NCBI RefSeq assembly: GCF_009914755.1 | Contig: NC_060925.1 | Source: the human T2T-CHM13v2.0 reference genome, Homo sapiens | Reading direction: 5' to 3' (one strand) | DNA length: 64,000 nt | Shown here: one piece after another, positions 34,900 to 51,319 of the stretch | Layout of the letters: every line of letters begins with the position of its first letter | Numbering within the stretch: the stretch's first letter is position 1 | Translations under genes and position numbers: made by a program | The notes under the pieces: model-generated | What the model saw: the letters and a program-made list of their open reading frames with translations, nothing else | Database searches by the model: none | What the model was told of the DNA's origin: nothing

Positions 34900-35330
34900 T
34901 TCTGTGTTCCTGTCACAGTGGGTAACTTTACCGCAATCAAAGAGAACACTGGAATGACCCAAACTGAGGGACACTTACAAAATAACCAACCAGTACCTTC
35001 CAAAAAGTATCAAGGTCATGAGAGACAAGGAAAGCCTAAACAACTATTAGACTAGAGAAGACTAAGAAGGAATAACAACTAAATGTATTGTGGAGTCCTG
35101 TCGAGGTTCCTGGAACAGAAAAAGGACAACAGCGGAAAAACTGGTGAACTCGACTGAGGCCTGTGGACTTGGTAACCAATGCTGTCACTATGTTAATCTG
35201 CTGTTCTTCATCACTACACTACGGTTTCCTCCAAGGTTAATGTTGTGAGAAACAGAATGAAGGATGGAAGGGAACTCTTTGCTCTCTATCTGCAACTCCA
35301 AGCCTAAAACTAGGTAAAATTTAAAAAGGA
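34900..35330 (+). mobile_element. L1MC-type 3'UTR relic
   Basis: acccaaactgagggaca...caaggtcatga...cctggaacagaaaaaggac. Confidence 0.7.
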
Positions 35331-35573
35331 GGAAAATGCATTTTTTCTTACATTAATTCATCCACACTATCACTTTCCTACATAAATATAAACTGATATA
35401 ATAAAAATAAAGCAAAGAAAAGTTATTTAATTTGTCATAACCTGTAACAGGGCATCTTAAACCTCTGGAAAATACTTACAAGAAAGTATTTTGATAGATT
35501 TATGGAAAGCCATAATTATCCCTAAAAATATACCACCCACTGCTTATTTTTGAATGGTCTACATTTCTTTCTA

Positions 35574-35816
<243 letters not shown>

Positions 35817-36082
35817 TCACAATTCCACTGCCTGCAAGACCCTGAGCAGGGCTCTGGTGGTGAGAGGCAGACAGGACGGCACAGACGAGCGGAACCAGGA
35901 GATGCCTGCCCGACTGAAAAGGCAGTTGCTCCAGCCTTTGGGGGAGCCGGGGGCCCAGGTTTCTTAAAAAAGTTAACCAAAATCATGGGGGCCCCCCCAA
36001 AGGACTTTACACTCCATTTTTTTTAGATAGGCGACATTTTTTTATATTGAAATACTTCAGGTCAGCATCAACCAATTTGTAA

Positions 36083-36400
<318 letters not shown>

Positions 36401-36736
36401 AGTAACCTCTGTTGTTTTTTGTTTTTTAAAGAGTGTTTACTATTTTGGACAAAGAAATAATATTTGTCATAAGTCAAAATGCCTGTAAGTTTACTAAACG
36501 TCTTACTGTCATCAAGCAACTGCAAAAAAAAGAAATGAGTAAGAAAGTATGAAGGTAAAACAAAAATATTTTCTTCCTTTAAATTCATATCTCTTTAACG
36601 TTTTTCTTCATCTTTTCATTTTTTCTTACTTCTCTTCATTTCCCAAAAATGAAGTTAGAAAAAAAGCAATCTATTCAAATCTGGAAATGGCTGCTGGAGG
36701 GCTCTGGGACGCATTCATCCAACATGCAATTCATCA

Positions 36737-36997
<261 letters not shown>

Positions 36998-39568
36998 TTA
37001 CGCCACTATGAAACAATGCAATGTTCATTTTTAAAGTCTTAATTTCATTATTCAGACTAAATACACACAAATATGCAAATAAGCAATGTCTGAGGTATAA
37101 TTTTCAATATACATACCATTATCTCTTGTAGAACTTTCCAAATAGTTTAACATATTGATTCTTTTTCAGTTCAAATGGTCATTATTTGCTTTTAATTAAG
37201 GGAAAACAGACAAGAAGTGCAACCTGAAAATTCCCACAATCCAAACTCTCAGGCACAAAGTCAAATGGCTAATTATTAACAGAGCTGGGCCAAACACATA
37301 TTTTAAAGTCTAATGCCATTACCTAAGGGGAGGGTATTATGCACCTACCAGGGGTCAGGCACCGAGCCAGGTTGGTAGTTACAAAATTATAAATATTTAT
37401 ACTTAACCAAGTTGCCAATAATGGTTTCAAAAGATTCTAGTAAAACTCTATCATCCAGAACAGAGATCTTAACATGCCACCCGCAGAAAAGATGCCACAA
37501 CACAAATGCCCGAGGCTAGGCAGGGGACTGCGAGTACCTGGGGGGTAGGGACAGCAGGCGGGGACATTCACGTGCAATGCCAAGTTAAAAAGCACCCGCC
37601 CTGTGACGCTCCACAGAACTCTCGTTCCGGGCTAGTCCTGCAGCCACACAGAAAGGCTCACTGGAAGATCCAATTTTTTTCTTTTGGCTAAAGAAATAGT
37701 TTTGCTTTCAAAGGAGCTGAGTGCCTCAAAGAGCTGTGATCCTAAAAAGTCATCAAATCCATTTGGATAAACGGTCAAAAGCAAAAAAGAGGTAGCTGTT
37801 ATTTATATGAGAATTCTAAAACCAAACCTTTTGTAAAGTAAAATAGTTGTCTCAAATTATCTGAATCCACATTTTCCACAAATACTCCAAACAATAACTT
37901 CTAAATTCTGACTTTTGAAAATATTCATTTACCTTTCATAAAATGTAATTTTAAAAAAGAATGGTTAGATAAAGCAGTCTTTTGCTCTCTAGCCTATGTG
38001 GATTAAAAATAATCATCCAAAATGTCTTAGGAACCTCCTTAGTTAATAATCGTAAAATCTCGAAAAGAAATCTCAATACTTGAACCAGAGTAATTAGATG
38101 AGGAAATTTTTAAAAAGGATCAAGCAACTTGGCCAGCCACTCCCCCACTGGCTCCAAGAGCTCCATGTCCAAGTGCTGTGCTCAGTCTCTGAATGTACCA
38201 CACCCCTCAGAGGGAAGTGAAAATATAACACAAGACTACTTAGAAAAGAATTGGTACCTACAGAGAAACACACAAAACACTGAAATCAAAGGACCTGGCG
38301 GCAAAGTCAACAACCCACCTCACCCCAGACTCACCTTCCCTGGTGTGGTAAGTGAACCACCAGAGGGAGGGAGGGTGCCAAAGGTTCTAAAACTTGCTCC
38401 ATCAGCAAAGAATTTGGTAAAAGCAACAAAAAGTCTAACAATACCAATGATAAGTATTAAGCACCCACCAGGGGTCAGACTCTGGAGCTGGGGGAGACGT
38501 TTTATCACATGACTGGCACTAAAAGGCAGAAGGTGTCTAAACTATCTTTGGCTTCCCCTTTAGAACCCAGTGGAGTGACTGCAGACAGAGTAGATGCTGC
38601 GTAAGTCTCTAAACAAAGTATCCAAAGTTAAAAAATGAAGAATTGAAAGGATAAAAAGTTCAACCATTACAATACATAATGTAATTCTCAAGAAAAGGAA
38701 AACACTCTACTCCGTCTTGTCAAATGGAAAATCATTCAAGGATGACTACAAAATAGATCTGTACTTTGCCAAAGTCTTCAAATGACAAAGCTGGACTGAA
38801 GCACTCAGCACATGCTCTTACAGTGCGAGATGCCGGACCCACAGGGAGCAAGGTCTATCCATTTATTGAGCTGCCCAGCAAGCTCACAACTCATCCATCC
38901 AGCACTCACATATGAATGAGCACCCACTACATGCCCATCTTCCTAGCACCAAGAGTGTCACAATGAACATAGCCAAGTCCTAGCCCATGAAGCCACATTC
39001 TAGTGGAGAGACCCTAATGAAGAGACAAATACACTGATGTGTGGAGGCACAAATGTCAGACAGAAAAACAAAACAGAGCAGGGGAGAGAAAGGGACCTGA
39101 AGGCTTCTCTCAGCAGAAGACAGATGGAGGTGAAGATGCAGGTGTCAGACGTTTGGGGGTAAGTTCTCCAGGCAAAGGCCCAGGAAGTGTGTGTGACGAA
39201 TATTCAAGGGACAACCCAGAGGACATGAGCAAGGACAAGAGCAGCTCACGCAGCAGGAGTGGCCTGGATGCCCACATCCGTGTAACACCTCAGGTGATAA
39301 AATCCTAGACAAGTGCAATGATTTCTAACAGTGATGAGCACTATTAAGAAAATAAAACTGGAGAGTGGACAAGAGTGACTAAGAGGCTATGTTACTTTAA
39401 TGGCATAATTTATACAAGTTGGCTACAGGTATAAACAGTTGCTCTTCCAACTACTAAGAAATAATTTATCACTTACTACTCTGGTCTAATCAGCTTTAAC
39501 AAAGAGTTTAACACTTAGAAGTTTAAGCTATCAAATCATCAATTTGAGTCTTAAAAAAAGAAAATCAC

Positions 39569-39623
39569 CATTTAATCTATACTTGAGTCTTCTTCCATCA
39601 ATAAGAGGCGTTCCTTCTACAAC
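39569..39623 (-). CDS. LBR: LBR exon 7
   Basis: 55 nt; [18 protein letters not shown]. Confidence 0.96.
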
Positions 39624-39668
39624 CTTAAAAGAAAAAAAATTTACAAATTTACTAAGCACATCACCATC

Positions 39669-39701
39669 ATATATACATATATACACACACACATATATAT
39701 A
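39669..39701. repeat. Compound (AT)n(AC)n microsatellite
   Basis: Read directly. Confidence 0.8.
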
Positions 39702-40189
39702 TTCTAGTATCACTTAATTTTCAACACGCCCAAGAAGGAAGATATCTTGTAACATGGAAATTTAGTAATATGTTTCAAAAACCCTAGTGGCAAGCCCTTT
39801 AATGACGCAATTCCACCTTCAGGAATTTATCTTAAATACAAATTCAGTAATGACTTCCTAGTGTAGGACCAAGCAACTGCAACAGCCACGCTCCCTGCCA
39901 CACTCCTGTGTACCACCACCTCAAGACTAAATGTGCTTAAATACCTTTATATCTAGTGGATCCCTAGCTCAAACATCTACCAATGGCTACCATACTCTTA
40001 CAAAGTAACAGTATGATTCCATTGTCTTCCATTTGTGGGGTCCTTTTCAATTGGGCTCTACCCTGTTTATCCACTCTACTATGACCCAAGTGCTATTTGA
40101 TGACGCATACTCATATGCTTACTTGCTCTGCTATATATTATATATATATTGCCCATCCAGTTATTTAACCATTTCATGTGATTCTTTTA

Positions 40190-40562
<373 letters not shown>

Positions 40563-40944
40563 TCATTCGGCATCACTCACAGCATTCAGCACAGAGATAC
40601 CCACAGGCATGGTACCCAATAGAACTGGCTCAGTAAAAAGTCCACTTGCTCAATGCAGCCACGTTTTACCCCACAAAATAACTATTCAGAAATGTAGCAA
40701 TTCATTTCAAACTGTAAAATATAAATATAGTATCATTTGCTCTGGGCTAAACTACTTTATCTTATCATTAGCTACAGATTTCATTAGCTAGCATTCCTCC
40801 TCTCCCAAGAGAAACGTAAAAGCTGTTTGAGATCACAGGATTAGTAAAATGCCACATGCTAATTTCAGATGATCCTTATCTATTAAAGGAGTCTAGTAAA
40901 TGCTGTGTTAGGCTTTAATCTGTGAATATATAGATCCAAATATA

Positions 40945-41273
40945 CAGTCAGCCCTCCGTATCGACGGGATCCACATCCATGGATTCAACCAACCAGATCC
41001 AAAATATTTCGGAAAAAATTGCATCTGAGCTGAATATGTACAGACTTCTTTTTCTTGTCCTTATTCCCTAATACAGTATGATAACTATTTACATGGCACT
41101 TACGTTGTATTAGGTATTATAAGCAACCTAAAGGCAACAAAGTATACAAGGAAGATGCACACAGGTTATATGCAAATACTATACTATTTCTTATCAGGGC
41201 CTTCAGCATCCTCAGATTTTGGTATGTACAGGAGGTCCTGGAACCACTCCCCAAGGATATCAAGGGATGACTG
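40945..41273. mobile_element. MER2 (TcMar-Tigger) DNA transposon
   Basis: TIRs cagtcagccctccgtatc / gatatcaagggatgactg with TA on the left flank. Confidence 0.85.
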
Positions 41274-42126
41274 CATAATATTAATATATATTTTAATATA
41301 TATGCTTTTAGTCACTTTAGTCTATGAGTATATACATATATGACTTTAAACACCAAAACTGCTTTCCTTGATACTCTGAAATCACCTTACCCTAAATGAA
41401 TCTGAATTTAACTGTAGAGGCTTACTGTAGAAATGACTGAAGGTCTTTATCACAAAAATCCTTGCTAGAGCCACTAAAGTTATGGTCTCACTCCACAGTA
41501 TTAAGCCTGCAGCTCTACCCTCCTATCACTGGCATTCACCAGTAAAACCGATCCTTTGGTTTACAGACAGTTGGCAAACTTGCAAAGCCCTAAGAATAAG
41601 ATCTTTAAATAAATTATTTATTACTTAGGGAATCTCATGTTTCTTTAAATATATCCAAGTAAAGGATTCTACTGAAAGAAGAAAAAACTACACTTAGCAA
41701 TGGAGAGACAAATTTTAAAGATATTGCAGGAATCTGAAAACAACGTAAAATGTTCTTGACAACAAGCTTCTGAAAGAGATGAAAATTAGAAACTTTTCAT
41801 ACTTTTTTAAAGTAAAAGATGTAGACTAAAGTCCATCGAGCCCAGTAGCCTATCAATTAATCATTTAAAATGCTGCATCTGAAATGACACATACTAAGAG
41901 TGAATTTTTTTTCCATAGCAACCTCCACTGAGAGTCGGCTACTTTGCAAAATAGCCTATTCTTTTCTATTTGGTTTGAAAAGTTACACAAGAAATCTCAA
42001 TCAGATTTTTTTTTAAGTTCCTCCTAATAAGCAAGTGTTATACAGACAGCACAAGAGAAATGGCTTCATGAACTAAGTTTTGGGAATTATGACCAACAAC
42101 AGCCTTTAACCTTTAAACTACTCTAA

Positions 42127-42255
42127 GGCTGGGCAGCATGGCACAGGCCTGTGGTCCCAGCGACTCAGGAGGCTGCGGCAAGAGGATCACTTGATCCCAG
42201 AAATTGGAGACCCGCCTGGACAATATAGTGAGACCTCATCTTATTAAAACAAAAC
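42127..42255 (+). mobile_element. Alu monomer (FLAM-like)
   Basis: Single arm with A-rich tail, about 20 bp from the LBR exon 6 donor. Confidence 0.85.
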
Positions 42256-42262
42256 AGAATTA

Positions 42263-42499
<237 letters not shown>

Positions 42500-43515
42500 T
42501 CAAATTTCAATCTGGTTTATTTATTTAAGAATCATGTTAGATTTGTTAAGATCAGAACTCGTTATCTGGCTAACTGTCTGAAACCAATTTCTAATGTACC
42601 ATCAAAAACTCCCATCTCTACCTGTCACCTCTGGTGGCCTGGCAACCATGGGCATCAAAGTAGTAAAAAAAATAAATAAATAAAAATAAAAAAAAAAAGA
42701 AAGAGGTCCAACATTGAATAGCTACACCCACCTCAGAAACCAAGCTCTAAAACATTTGACCTCCAACCACTAAGGAGCGAATGTGTTGAAACTCCAGCAA
42801 ACTGAAGATCAGAACATCTAAAAATTATCAGCCTAATCTTAACAAAAAACTTTATATTCCTCAGTTTCTAACAATTAAAATAGTGTCACGTTCATGTAAT
42901 GTGTGCAGATTTTAAGTGATGCTGGACAGCATCTGTAACAGGCCAGCTAGCCAAAGGTTATAACAAAATACAAAGCAATTAAGCCATGCAGGATTTTGAG
43001 CCATTTAGACAAGAAGTCTTTTCTTTTACTAGCTCATAAAATTTCATCAGTTCCACCCACTTAGTAACTCCAAAACTCTGCACACTTCAGATCTTTGACC
43101 CTCACAATCAACCCGCCTAGCAGGTAGGGCAGCCTCCGGGATCCCATTTTATGCAGGCAGCTGAGGCCCACTGCTGGCCCCTGCCGCCTCAGGTCTGACT
43201 ATTAGCAGAGCTCTCTGTCCCTGATAAGTAACCATCTATGCTATACAAACTCCCAGATCAACCTTCCTTTATCACTTCTTTGTACTTCTGTGCTCAAAAC
43301 CTCTGAACAGACTGCTAAAAGTTTTAAACACAGCTACAATGGCATCCTTTCTACTCCATAATCCCTCAAAATGCTCCCACCTCAAGCCTTTGCACCCACT
43401 GTTCCTTCTCTGGAAGGCTCTTCCACAGGTTCCCACCAGGCTCATTACCTTGCCTGCCTCAGATGTCTTCAGAGAGGCCTTTCCAGTTCACCTTGTGGCA
43501 ACCACCCCTAGCTCA

Positions 43516-43743
<228 letters not shown>

Positions 43744-43894
43744 CTAAATGAAAAATTTAAAAATTAAATATCTGCAGTGAACAATTACCATTAATGCTAC
43801 TGCATTAACTATTTCAGCATCTCAATACAGCTATACACTAGTAAGAATAAATTTGTGAAATTATATTCAGTCTTAATTTAAGGACAGAATTTTA

Positions 43895-44089
<195 letters not shown>

Positions 44090-44228
44090 CTAAATTGAAG
44101 AATATAAACATTTAATCAAAAGAACTGTAACTTATTAAAAAGAAACATGATGGTAAAAACTTACTGTTTTGGAATCAAGCAATAAAACAGATTTTTCACA
44201 GCCTTAATTCTGACGAATTTAACCCTCA

Positions 44229-44627
<399 letters not shown>

Positions 44628-45502
44628 TCACGTAATCAGACTGAATGTCATAATTTCATTGATAGATTTTAGGGGTATTTACTATGAAAGGCAGAGAAAG
44701 TAAAAATTGGTAAATTAGTTCATTAACTGGATAAAAAACAAAAGACATTCAAAAAGACATTCACTGCTCCAAAATAGCCCATAATGGAAAACTAAGAAAT
44801 AGTGGGTACTTATGCAACACACAGTAGGCCCAAGGCACTACCAGGTAAGAGGCAAAGCTTCTGTGGTTCTTGTGACACCAGGACTGTAAGATTACACTGT
44901 AAAAATATAGCAGTCACTAAATATTAAAAATGAAAGGATAACAAAGTATCACACAGCATCTGTTCCTGGAGTCCCGGGGTGGTAAAGAGAGCCACTAATA
45001 GTTAAAATGTTCTAATTCAAAATATAAGTTAGAACAGTAAGTTGAAAATGTCTGACAGCCACATTCTCCAAAAAAAAAAAAAAAAATTATAATACTCAGA
45101 ATGAGAAACTGAGCATTCATACACTGATACTACTATAAACTTTCTTGATGCAATCTGGCAATATGTATTAAAAGCCTCAAATCTGCACCATACAGCTGAC
45201 CTAGCAGTTCCACTTGTAAGAATCCATCCTAAGGAAATAATCAGATGTTACATAAAAATACTTGTTTGTAATAGTGAAAATATGGAAGGAAAAACACTAA
45301 ATGTCTATCATTGACAGAGCTGACTTTAACGATTAAGTTACATGTATACAATTTACCATATATCCATACTATAGAATACAACAACAAAAATGATGTAGAA
45401 AAATACACTCTGAAAGGTTATCCCAATATTTTAAAATGTCTTAAAGCTGACTACTGAGCAGTATGTATATAATCCAGTTTTTAAAGTTTATTAAAAGTCT
45501 GT

Positions 45503-45837
<335 letters not shown>

Positions 45838-46295
45838 TTACTTTTATTCTTTTTACTTAACATACTTTGTCTTTGGTCTACTATCTAAAATACTATTTGT
45901 ACAAGATCTACAGGCTCCATGCACCCTGATATTTCAAAGCTTACATCTTGAAAGTAATTCCACTAAAATCATCTTTGAATAGGTAAAGTGATAAAGTATA
46001 ATGATGCTAAGAGTAAGAATGTTTCCGTAATACAGGTTTGTCTTACCATTTCATACATGATATGAACTTTTATACACTGTAAAAACCTTACGCAGTTCAA
46101 TCTACAAGCTACATCTATTTCAAATTTGAACGCTGCTTTTTTAAAAACTAAAATATTAAATAGCATTTCTGGTAACTGAAGGACATTCTTTTCCATTGAT
46201 ATTTAAAACTTTCTATTCCAAACATTTGTTTTATATGAAAACTCCCAAAGTCATCAACTTAGATTTGATGTTTCAGTGACATTTTAATATTATTA

Positions 46296-46568
<273 letters not shown>

Positions 46569-47061
46569 CTAGAAAGGGGGAAGAAGGCAAAGAGCTTTAC
46601 CACAAATCATAACACATACAGACAGACCCACACTAGAAGAGGATAACAAAGGCAGGAACTGCTACCATTAACTCTAAAATCAGCACGGGAAATGTTAGGA
46701 TCTGAGAATGGATCAGATGAAGCCAATGGAAAATGCTTTCATAATGATCCATCTTTCATGAGACAAATGCAGCCTTTCCATTCCTGTTCTTTGAAGGTAT
46801 TTCCATGAAACGAATGTATCTAAACCAATTAGCTGTACTTATTTCCAACACCATATGCAAGAAGGGTAATAATTAACATGGATTAAAACTGAGACGACAG
46901 GACAAAATAAATAAGCACACAGACCAAAAAAAAAAAAACAGTACCACAGTTTCACTCTGAACAAAACACATAAGCAGATCTTGAAAATAAAACATGAGCT
47001 TGGATGACTGGGAACTGTTTCACTGTGTCCCCACCTACTCCGAATCTCCTTATGTTGCTTC

Positions 47062-47330
47062 TAGGGATGTAGACAAATTATGCCCCAGGCCAAGTCCCTC
47101 ACCCCAATTTTTGTGTGGCCTTCCTACTAAGAATGGCTTTTACATTCTTAAATGATTACAAACAAAATCAAAAGAACAGTATTTCCTGAAGTGTGAAAAT
47201 TATCCAAAATTCAAATTTCACTGTCCATAAAGTTGTACTGGAACACTGCCATGTCTGCTCCCTTCCATACTGCCTGGAGCCGCTCCCATAAAGTCTAAAA
47301 TATTTACTTTCTGTGCTTTATTCCTGGTCT
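47062..47330. mobile_element. MER58-like hAT-Charlie relic
   Basis: Similar to 5207-5566 (ctaagaatggcttttacatt...tactggaacac). Confidence 0.65.
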
Positions 47331-47629
47331 AGAGCACTCAAAGTGTCATCCTCAGCCATGGGTCCTAGAAATGCTCGTTACTAATCTGTGCAAGTACCAA
47401 AATTGAGAAATAGGTGTATGGAAATGTTTATAGCATTTTGACAAAGTAACCTCATATCTATCGAATCTGATAGTAAAACTGTGAGTCGTCTATTTTGTAT
47501 GTCTTTATTTTTCTAGTAACTCATTTTTATGGCATTTTATATAAATGTTTGTATACTACGGATCAGATATCTTAAAACCCAGGCCCTCACCAGACAGGTT
47601 GAAAAGCCCTGGGCTAGACTCGAATCTAA

Positions 47630-48100
47630 TTAATGTCACTCTCCTGATTAAATCCTTGGTGTTCAGGATGAAGCCCAAACCCTTGGGCATGGAATATAAA
47701 AGCCCCTCCAGCCTGGCTCCTGCTTAGCCCTCCCCTACCACCCCCTTCCAGCACGTGGCTGACTGTGTCCCCCAGACCCCTGACTTTGGCATACTGCCCT
47801 CTCTGCAGAAACAGCCCCATCAACTGCTGTTTTTCCTGTTTGTTCTCAGCACTTGGCTAGGTGTCACTGCCTCTGAAAGCCTCCCCTGAAGCCCAGGGCT
47901 CTTCTCTACCCTTGATACACTCAACACCACCCACAGCAAACTCCAGACACAGAACGTAGTAAACCCAGGGGACCAACAGATGCAAATGGCTGTCTTTCCC
48001 AGTAAGTGTGAGCTTCTTGGGAACAAGGACTATGCCTCATTCATACATTCCCAGAGCCAAAAACAGTATGTGACCCAAAGCAAGAGCTCAATCCTCTGCC
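47630..48100 (+). mobile_element. L2 relic
   Basis: atgtcactctcctgattaaatcc...gtgagcttcttgggaacaaggac...gctcaat. Confidence 0.65.
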
Positions 48101-48153
48101 TTCAAACCGAGCTGAACTGACTATCCTGAGCTTAGAAACCATACTTAGAGTTA

Positions 48154-48369
<216 letters not shown>

Positions 48370-51319
48370 CTATAATTAACCTGAATAGTTTTAAAGAAAA
48401 AAATTTGAGTCAATACATACACATTTATGTATTCGTCTTTTTCCACAGGCTGATCACTAAAATACAACTTTCCAGAATTGACTGGTCAGGATTTTAGGGC
48501 CAGAAAGGCTACATTCAATCTCATTTGGAATCATTTGAGAGGATGATTTAGCCACTGCGTTATCTATGTGACACTAAAGATTAATTATAACAATGTATAT
48601 AGGCGCCATAAGTTCACACTATGTAAAATGTTACCCACCTACCGTGATCACAGTTCTCGCTAATCAAAAAATGAGGCACAATCTCACAAAGAACACATTT
48701 TCTCATTTGTAAATTTGCGTATCAATTTACAATGGCTTTAAAAATGCATTTAATTGTATTTTTAACAAATTGCCTTTATTAAAAACAGCAAACTATAAAC
48801 CAGACTGGGAAAATCAAGGATGTACAATTAACATGACTATAACCCAACAATAGGAAGAAAAATAATTCCAAGTCTGTAATGAATAAATTTGGGGGTTATT
48901 TAGCTTTCAACTCTTACAGCTAAAGTACAAATGCATACCAAGTAACTCTGCCAACCACCCACCTAAGCCAGGGTGGTTGCCTTCATCCAAGCTCACTTCT
49001 CTCAAGCCTACAGCAGCCATCAACCCCCAATTATAACATTCTTTTCCTCTGATTCAAAACATGGCCCACAAGCCCCACAATACTCTAGGAATCCACAAGC
49101 AATCTGCAAGAACTGCCACTTACGTGAGGCCTGTCTGCCACCCTTTTTGAAATATCAATTGATAGCTGGGTACTTCCAGCTGCCAGACAGTAATGCCGCT
49201 CCATCGGCTGACCAGCGGAATCACATTTCCACACAACAAAACCAGGGCTGCCGACCTTCCCCAGTACCACATGAACTAGCTGGGGCCACGTCCAAGGGGC
49301 AGCCAGTAGGACAGATATGAGCTGTCCCCCAAATCACCTTCATTTCACCAACTAAGCACTTCTTGATGTATTGTCCAAGCCTATCAATGTACATTCCTCA
49401 CTGGCTCCTGTTAAGAGCTGATGATACAATAAAAGCAACATTTAGGAACCTTTGAAGACTCTGGAATTAAGGAGAAAGTTGAATTACCTACCCCAAGGGA
49501 GTAGTGGGAGAGTGGGGGGGGAGGCGGGGTGAGGGAGGCCTTTCTTAACCACCACATTTTTTCACTGTTAATCGTCTGTGAAAAAACTTAACAAGCTCTA
49601 CTAGTTTACAGAGATGGCAGCTAGGTTGGTAGATGAAAGAAAACACAAGTACTTATCTGGTGATTAGAGGATGTCAGTCAATTAACACATTAGGTAAGAG
49701 AGGCAGCTTTCTTCCCTACACCTACCTGAGATTGGGCATCACTGGGGTAATGAATGGGTTTGGGCTTGGAGTAGTGGGGAGGAGCCCACAAGTTTTCGGG
49801 ATGAAGTCAGGCCTGGCTGAGTCACCCGAGGGGCACTTAGGGAGCAGGGGGGCAGTGAACACCTCTGCATGAGCAGGGGCATAAAAACGGAAGGTGACAA
49901 CATCCAGCTTTGCCTATTTCAACATTTAGCTCAGAGCCTCCAAGTACAAAGAAAGAGGAAGGAAATGTACCCTCCTTCTCTCTTCTCTTGAGCCCCCTCC
50001 TCCTCCCTAGGCCCCCCAAAATCAAACCACTCTTACTAGTACTAGCTCTCCTACACTGGTCAGCCAGAGTTAAAAGAAGGCAATTATGTCTTCCTACAGG
50101 AAGATGCTCAAGTTGCAAAAAACTCTTTATAAACTTTTGAAACACAAGCCCTTCAGGACGCAGGGGCTACTTGAGGTTTTAAAAGACCCTTGAACAGTTT
50201 CTGCGTGTTCTTAAAAACTTATTTACTGGCATCTTTCCATTGCACTTACACACCACATACACAGTATCTGTGTAATATAAACGCAGGCCAGTGCCAAAAA
50301 GATTCTTATCAATTATTCTGGGTTAAACAAGTTAACACATATGGTGGATACCTGTTAGGTCTCTAAAGCTTACTTTTTAAAAGAAGAATTAAGATTTGCT
50401 TGAAAAACAAACAAAATGAACCGGCATTCTTCTTAGAAGACCATTATCTTATACACAAATGTTCCAAAAGATGAAGCCAACAACATGATGTGCACCCCCA
50501 CTTTACACAAGATCCACACACAATTGTCAAACGTGAGGATACAGTGCAATCACATCCTAATATACTCCCCCACAGGAGTGAAATAGCCAGGATGGCACAC
50601 AAAAGCCCCACATTTGTTCGTGTCACTCACTATGCACTCACCTACAGGAGTCAAGATACACACAGGATTTTCTTACAAGAGATGTTTTAGGCAAGTGTGT
50701 TTGTAAAGAAAAATTTTGTTCACTGCACCCAATGTCCTCATTCGCCATAAACAGGAAAAACACGGAGACCCTCAGGTTTTTCTCTATTAAGCCAGATGCC
50801 CGCTAACTTCAGAGTCAACTGGCACTGCAATCCTCACACATTCCAGCTCCGGTATGTTACTGTTTGTGAACACAACAATTCTCTGCTCATTAACATTACA
50901 GGGGTCTCCAGCCATCTTTCCTTCACTTCTCCAAATTCATCTAAACGTGGCATAGAGCAAGACGCTCGAATGACGTTGGACAGCTTCCTTTTCACACCTG
51001 AGCCCCGGTAGCCCCACTAGGCAAAATGCAAACAGGAACCCCGGGCCTTGCTCCGCGCCCTTTGCTTCATGAAGCAACAGAAAGGCCACCTTCCTGGCTG
51101 TAAAGGCAGAAGCGCCTTCTTCCCCATAAACATCCTTGGGCAGCTCATCATTCCCCTCCTGCTCGTTCTTCTCCCTCTTCCCAGGCAGCCTGAGAAACAA
51201 AACTTAAACTGGACTTGTTGCCTAATCTAAATTAGGATCCCTCTGCTCTTCTCCGTAGCTCCATCTTCTCCCACACACCAGTTACTACAATGCGTAACTA
51301 CAGATCTACACGTGTTTAC

